DNA from: Trichormus sp. ATA11-4-KO1
GTDB lineage: Bacteria > Cyanobacteriota > Cyanobacteriia > Cyanobacteriales > Nostocaceae
Direction of reading: 5' to 3'
Length of the DNA: 64,000 nt
Assembly: GCA_019358915.1 (NCBI GenBank)
Contig: JAHHIM010000024.1
Coordinates: forward strand, 10,202-74,201
Positions within the stretch are counted from its first letter, which is position 1, and every line of letters starts with the position of its first letter. The notes under the pieces are model-generated. The model did no database searches. It saw only the letters and a list, made by a program, of their open reading frames with translations, and was not told the origin of the DNA. Below are positions 61,506 to 64,000 of this stretch, piece after piece. Position numbers and translations under genes: made by a program.

Positions 61506-61775
61506 GTTGCTTATAAAGAATTGGTAGGGTAGATGGATATGAAAAGCCTTGCAGGCAGGGTATATTTTACCTCTGTCTGTACTTTTAATTGTGCATATTT
61601 AATTTAAATATGCACAATTATTATAGTGAATTTCGATTCTTGATATCACAAAACATCTATAACTTTGGATATCAATAAATTGAGGAAATTAAGTCAAAAG
61701 AAGGAGGTAAAACCTTGTGTAAATATTTATATTAATTAAGTAACAGATGGCTTAAAAAATTAGAGGTAAGATATA

Positions 61776-62636
61776 ATGACTCTCCACAAATTAGCAGATT
61801 TTGATCCAAATTACCGGGATAGTTTTCAAGGTAATGATATTACCGGATTTGGTGTTTATACAGAAAGAACTGATGAGAAAATAGGCACTGTTAGTGACAT
61901 TCTAGTTGATGATGAAGGTCATTTTCGCTATCTGGTGGTTGACTTAGGTTTCTGGATCTTTGGTAAAAAAGTATTATTACCAGTTGGTCGTTCCCGCATT
62001 GACTATAATGCTAATCGCGTCTACACCATTGGCATGACTAGAGAGCAAGCTGAAGCTTTGCCAGAGTTTGAAGAAGGACGCATACTTGATTACGACTATG
62101 AAGAACGGGTACGCGGAGTTTATCGCGATCCTAAATATCAAACTAGACCTGTAGAAGCATCAACCCCGATGCCAACAACTACACCAACCTATAACCGTGA
62201 CACCTATACTTATGAACACGAACCTTCTTTGTATGGATTAAATGAGCAAGATCATCAAACCCTAAGACTATACGAAGAACGGCTAATTGCTAATAAGAGA
62301 CGGCAGAAAACTGGTGAAGTAGCAGTTGGTAAGCACGTCGAAAGTGAAACTGCTAGAGTTTCAGTACCGGTAGAAAGAGAACATGTTGTCATTGAGCGCA
62401 TAACTCCAGACGACGCTGGTAGAGTTGTTTCTAGCAGCGAAGCTAACTTCCGTGAAGGCGAAGTTGCTCGTGTAGAACTCCATGAAGAAACGGCTGACGT
62501 TCGCAAAGAAGCAGTTTTACGTGAAGAAGTCAGAGTTAAAAAAGTTGTAGAGAAAGACACAGTGGAAACTCAAGAAACTGTACGTCGTGAAGAGTTAGAT
62601 GTGAATGCTCCTAATCTTCCAGTTGAAGAGCGCTAA
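61776..62636 (+). CDS. PRC-barrel plus DUF2382 (AvaK-like) protein
   Basis: KIGTVSDILVD.EGHFRYLVVDLGFWIFGKKVLLPVG, LYEERL and VRREEL; GAGG RBS. Confidence 0.9.
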   Translation: MTLHKLADFDPNYRDSFQGNDITGFGVYTERTDEKIGTVSDILVDDEGHFRYLVVDLGFWIFGKKVLLPVGRSRIDYNANRVYTIGMTREQAEALPEFEEGRILDYDYEERVRGVYRDPKYQTRPVEASTPMPTTTPTYNRDTYTYEHEPSLYGLNEQDHQTLRLYEERLIANKRRQKTGEVAVGKHVESETARVSVPVEREHVVIERITPDDAGRVVSSSEANFREGEVARVELHEETADVRKEAVLREEVRVKKVVEKDTVETQETVRREELDVNAPNLPVEER

Positions 62637-62683
62637 CTAACAAACACAGAATAATCACTCGTGAGCTAATTACTCTATTAGGG

Positions 62684-62720
62684 ATAGTACAGGTAGGGCT
62701 TTCCTCAGCTTTACCTGTAC
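62684..62720 (+). terminator. Stem-loop after the AvaK-like gene
   Basis: GTACAGGTAGGGCT...AGCTTTACCTGTAC inverted repeat. Confidence 0.5.
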
Positions 62721-62783
62721 TTGTAATCACTCAAAAGGATAAAAATAACTAATTTTTATAAAAGTAATTAATCAATCTTAATT

Positions 62784-63665
62784 ATGAATAGCCAACCGAT
62801 GGCGAATAACCTTAAACACGTCAACCAAAAAACCAGTGTAAACACCTTGCTAGAAACATTGAAAAACAAGGTGCAAGACTTTGCTGTAATAGACAGGCAA
62901 GGCCAACTAATAGGCAAAGTCAAGAATATTATTTTGAATGCTAATCATCGGCTAAACCTTGTAATATCTCAACAGGAAGACACGCGATCGCTAGATAGAC
63001 ATCGTTTATTTCTATTGTGGAGCCAAAAAGTCAACAAAATTGACAATGAAGCTCAATCTGTTTTCATAGACCTAGACAAATCAGAAATAGAGTTTATGCC
63101 TGAATATTTAGGAACAGGAACACCAGGCGAACAAAAAATATCGGATAACTCAACCGAGTTAAATACCAATAGCCAAACTATCCAAAGTCAAGTTGAGTCA
63201 GCAAATTCAGAAGTTGATGAAGAAAATATTATTCGGTTAATTGAAGAGCGACTGATAGCTGACAGTAGCAAACATAAACTTGGTGAGGTGATTGTTCGCA
63301 AAGAAATTGAAACTCGGATGGTACAAGTACCAGTCCGGCGAGAAAAATTAATTATAGAACAAGTTAGCCCAGAAAATAGACAACTTGCAGAAATTGATTT
63401 AGGGCAAGGGGAAATTTCTGGTCTTGAATTGATTACAGGAGAAAGACCTGAAGAGGTAATATTTGATGGTAGCTTAACAGTGAATGGTGTATTTAGTTCA
63501 CCCAAAATTGCCAGTTTACTTTTAAATGCGATCGCTCTCGAAAAAGACCACGGATGTAAGCAGGTGAAAATTACAATTGCTGTGGCTAATGAGTCACTAC
63601 AGAAAAAATACCAGGAGTGGTTTGACCGTTGTTCTCTAGGTCAAAAAACCCAGCCTGAAAAATAA
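62784..63665 (+). CDS. PRC-barrel plus DUF2382 protein
   Basis: VIDRQGQLIGKVKNIIL, IRLIEERL and GEVIVRKEIETRMVQVPVRREKLIIEQV. Confidence 0.8.
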   Translation: MNSQPMANNLKHVNQKTSVNTLLETLKNKVQDFAVIDRQGQLIGKVKNIILNANHRLNLVISQQEDTRSLDRHRLFLLWSQKVNKIDNEAQSVFIDLDKSEIEFMPEYLGTGTPGEQKISDNSTELNTNSQTIQSQVESANSEVDEENIIRLIEERLIADSSKHKLGEVIVRKEIETRMVQVPVRREKLIIEQVSPENRQLAEIDLGQGEISGLELITGERPEEVIFDGSLTVNGVFSSPKIASLLLNAIALEKDHGCKQVKITIAVANESLQKKYQEWFDRCSLGQKTQPEK

Positions 63666-63876
63666 TTTATACATCAATACTGTTTACTTAGGCTGGAATA
63701 ACATATGCAGTAATACTCACCTTGATTTAAATTGAGGTGTGTATCTTTTCTGAGTAAATATTGCTAATAATAATACTAAAAAGGTTAGCATTCCTGCTAG
63801 ATATAATGGATAACCATAGGTTGGGGGATAAGATTGATCAATTAGTAATCCGGCAATCACAGGACCAATGCCATTA

Positions 63877-64000
63877 GAGGATGTTTGAAAAGTTTTAGGG
63901 AGTCAAAAATTAAGCCAATCGCTTCACCATAATACGGATCATTGCAAGGTAGAGAAAGGTTTCTGAAGTTTCGGGCAATAATTCATAATCTCTGGCCAAT
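63877..64000 (-). mobile_element. IS5-family (IS1031-like) element end, running off the window
   Basis: Terminus GAGGATGTTTGAAAAGT after TTA; the minus strand encodes LARDYELLPETSETFLYLAMIRIMVKRLA* (stop at 63910-63912), a typical IS5 transposase C-terminus. Confidence 0.85.

Overview
Chromosomal window of a heterocyst-forming cyanobacterium (Nostocales). Evidence: abundant HIP1 GCGATCGC sites, heptamer STRR repeats, patA and a phycocyanin operon with three rod-core linkers. Most of the window is recognisable housekeeping and regulatory genes: PPK2, crr7, a REC-GGDEF protein, sasA, leuA, a LabA-type NYN protein, Ser/Thr kinases, cpcBACDEF plus three cpcG, rluD-like, patA, cobA/cbiX, tRNA-His, crtW, a transketolase and three PRC-barrel/DUF2382 (AvaK/YsnF-like) genes. 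The most striking unexplained structure is the ORF-free 1.4 kb at 16297-17698. It holds seven degenerate, irregularly spaced minus-strand cassettes. Each has a semi-palindromic operator-like box, exactly 20 nt of spacer, a TAN3T -10 hexamer, a variable 20-30 nt segment and a covarying terminator hairpin with a U-tract. This looks like a tandem array of about 50-60 nt small RNA genes. The same box-N20-TAN3T geometry recurs upstream of stress-type genes at 57.8, 59.9 and 61.7 kb. Other points of interest: an orphan 5'-truncated pecF, a toxin-antitoxin islet flanked by a duplicated cobA 3' end, a glutathione-reductase homologue with an NADH-type fingerprint, and an in-frame 24-nt insertion at a HIP1 site in a rhodanese gene. 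All protein calls come from motif recognition by eye; no database searches were run.
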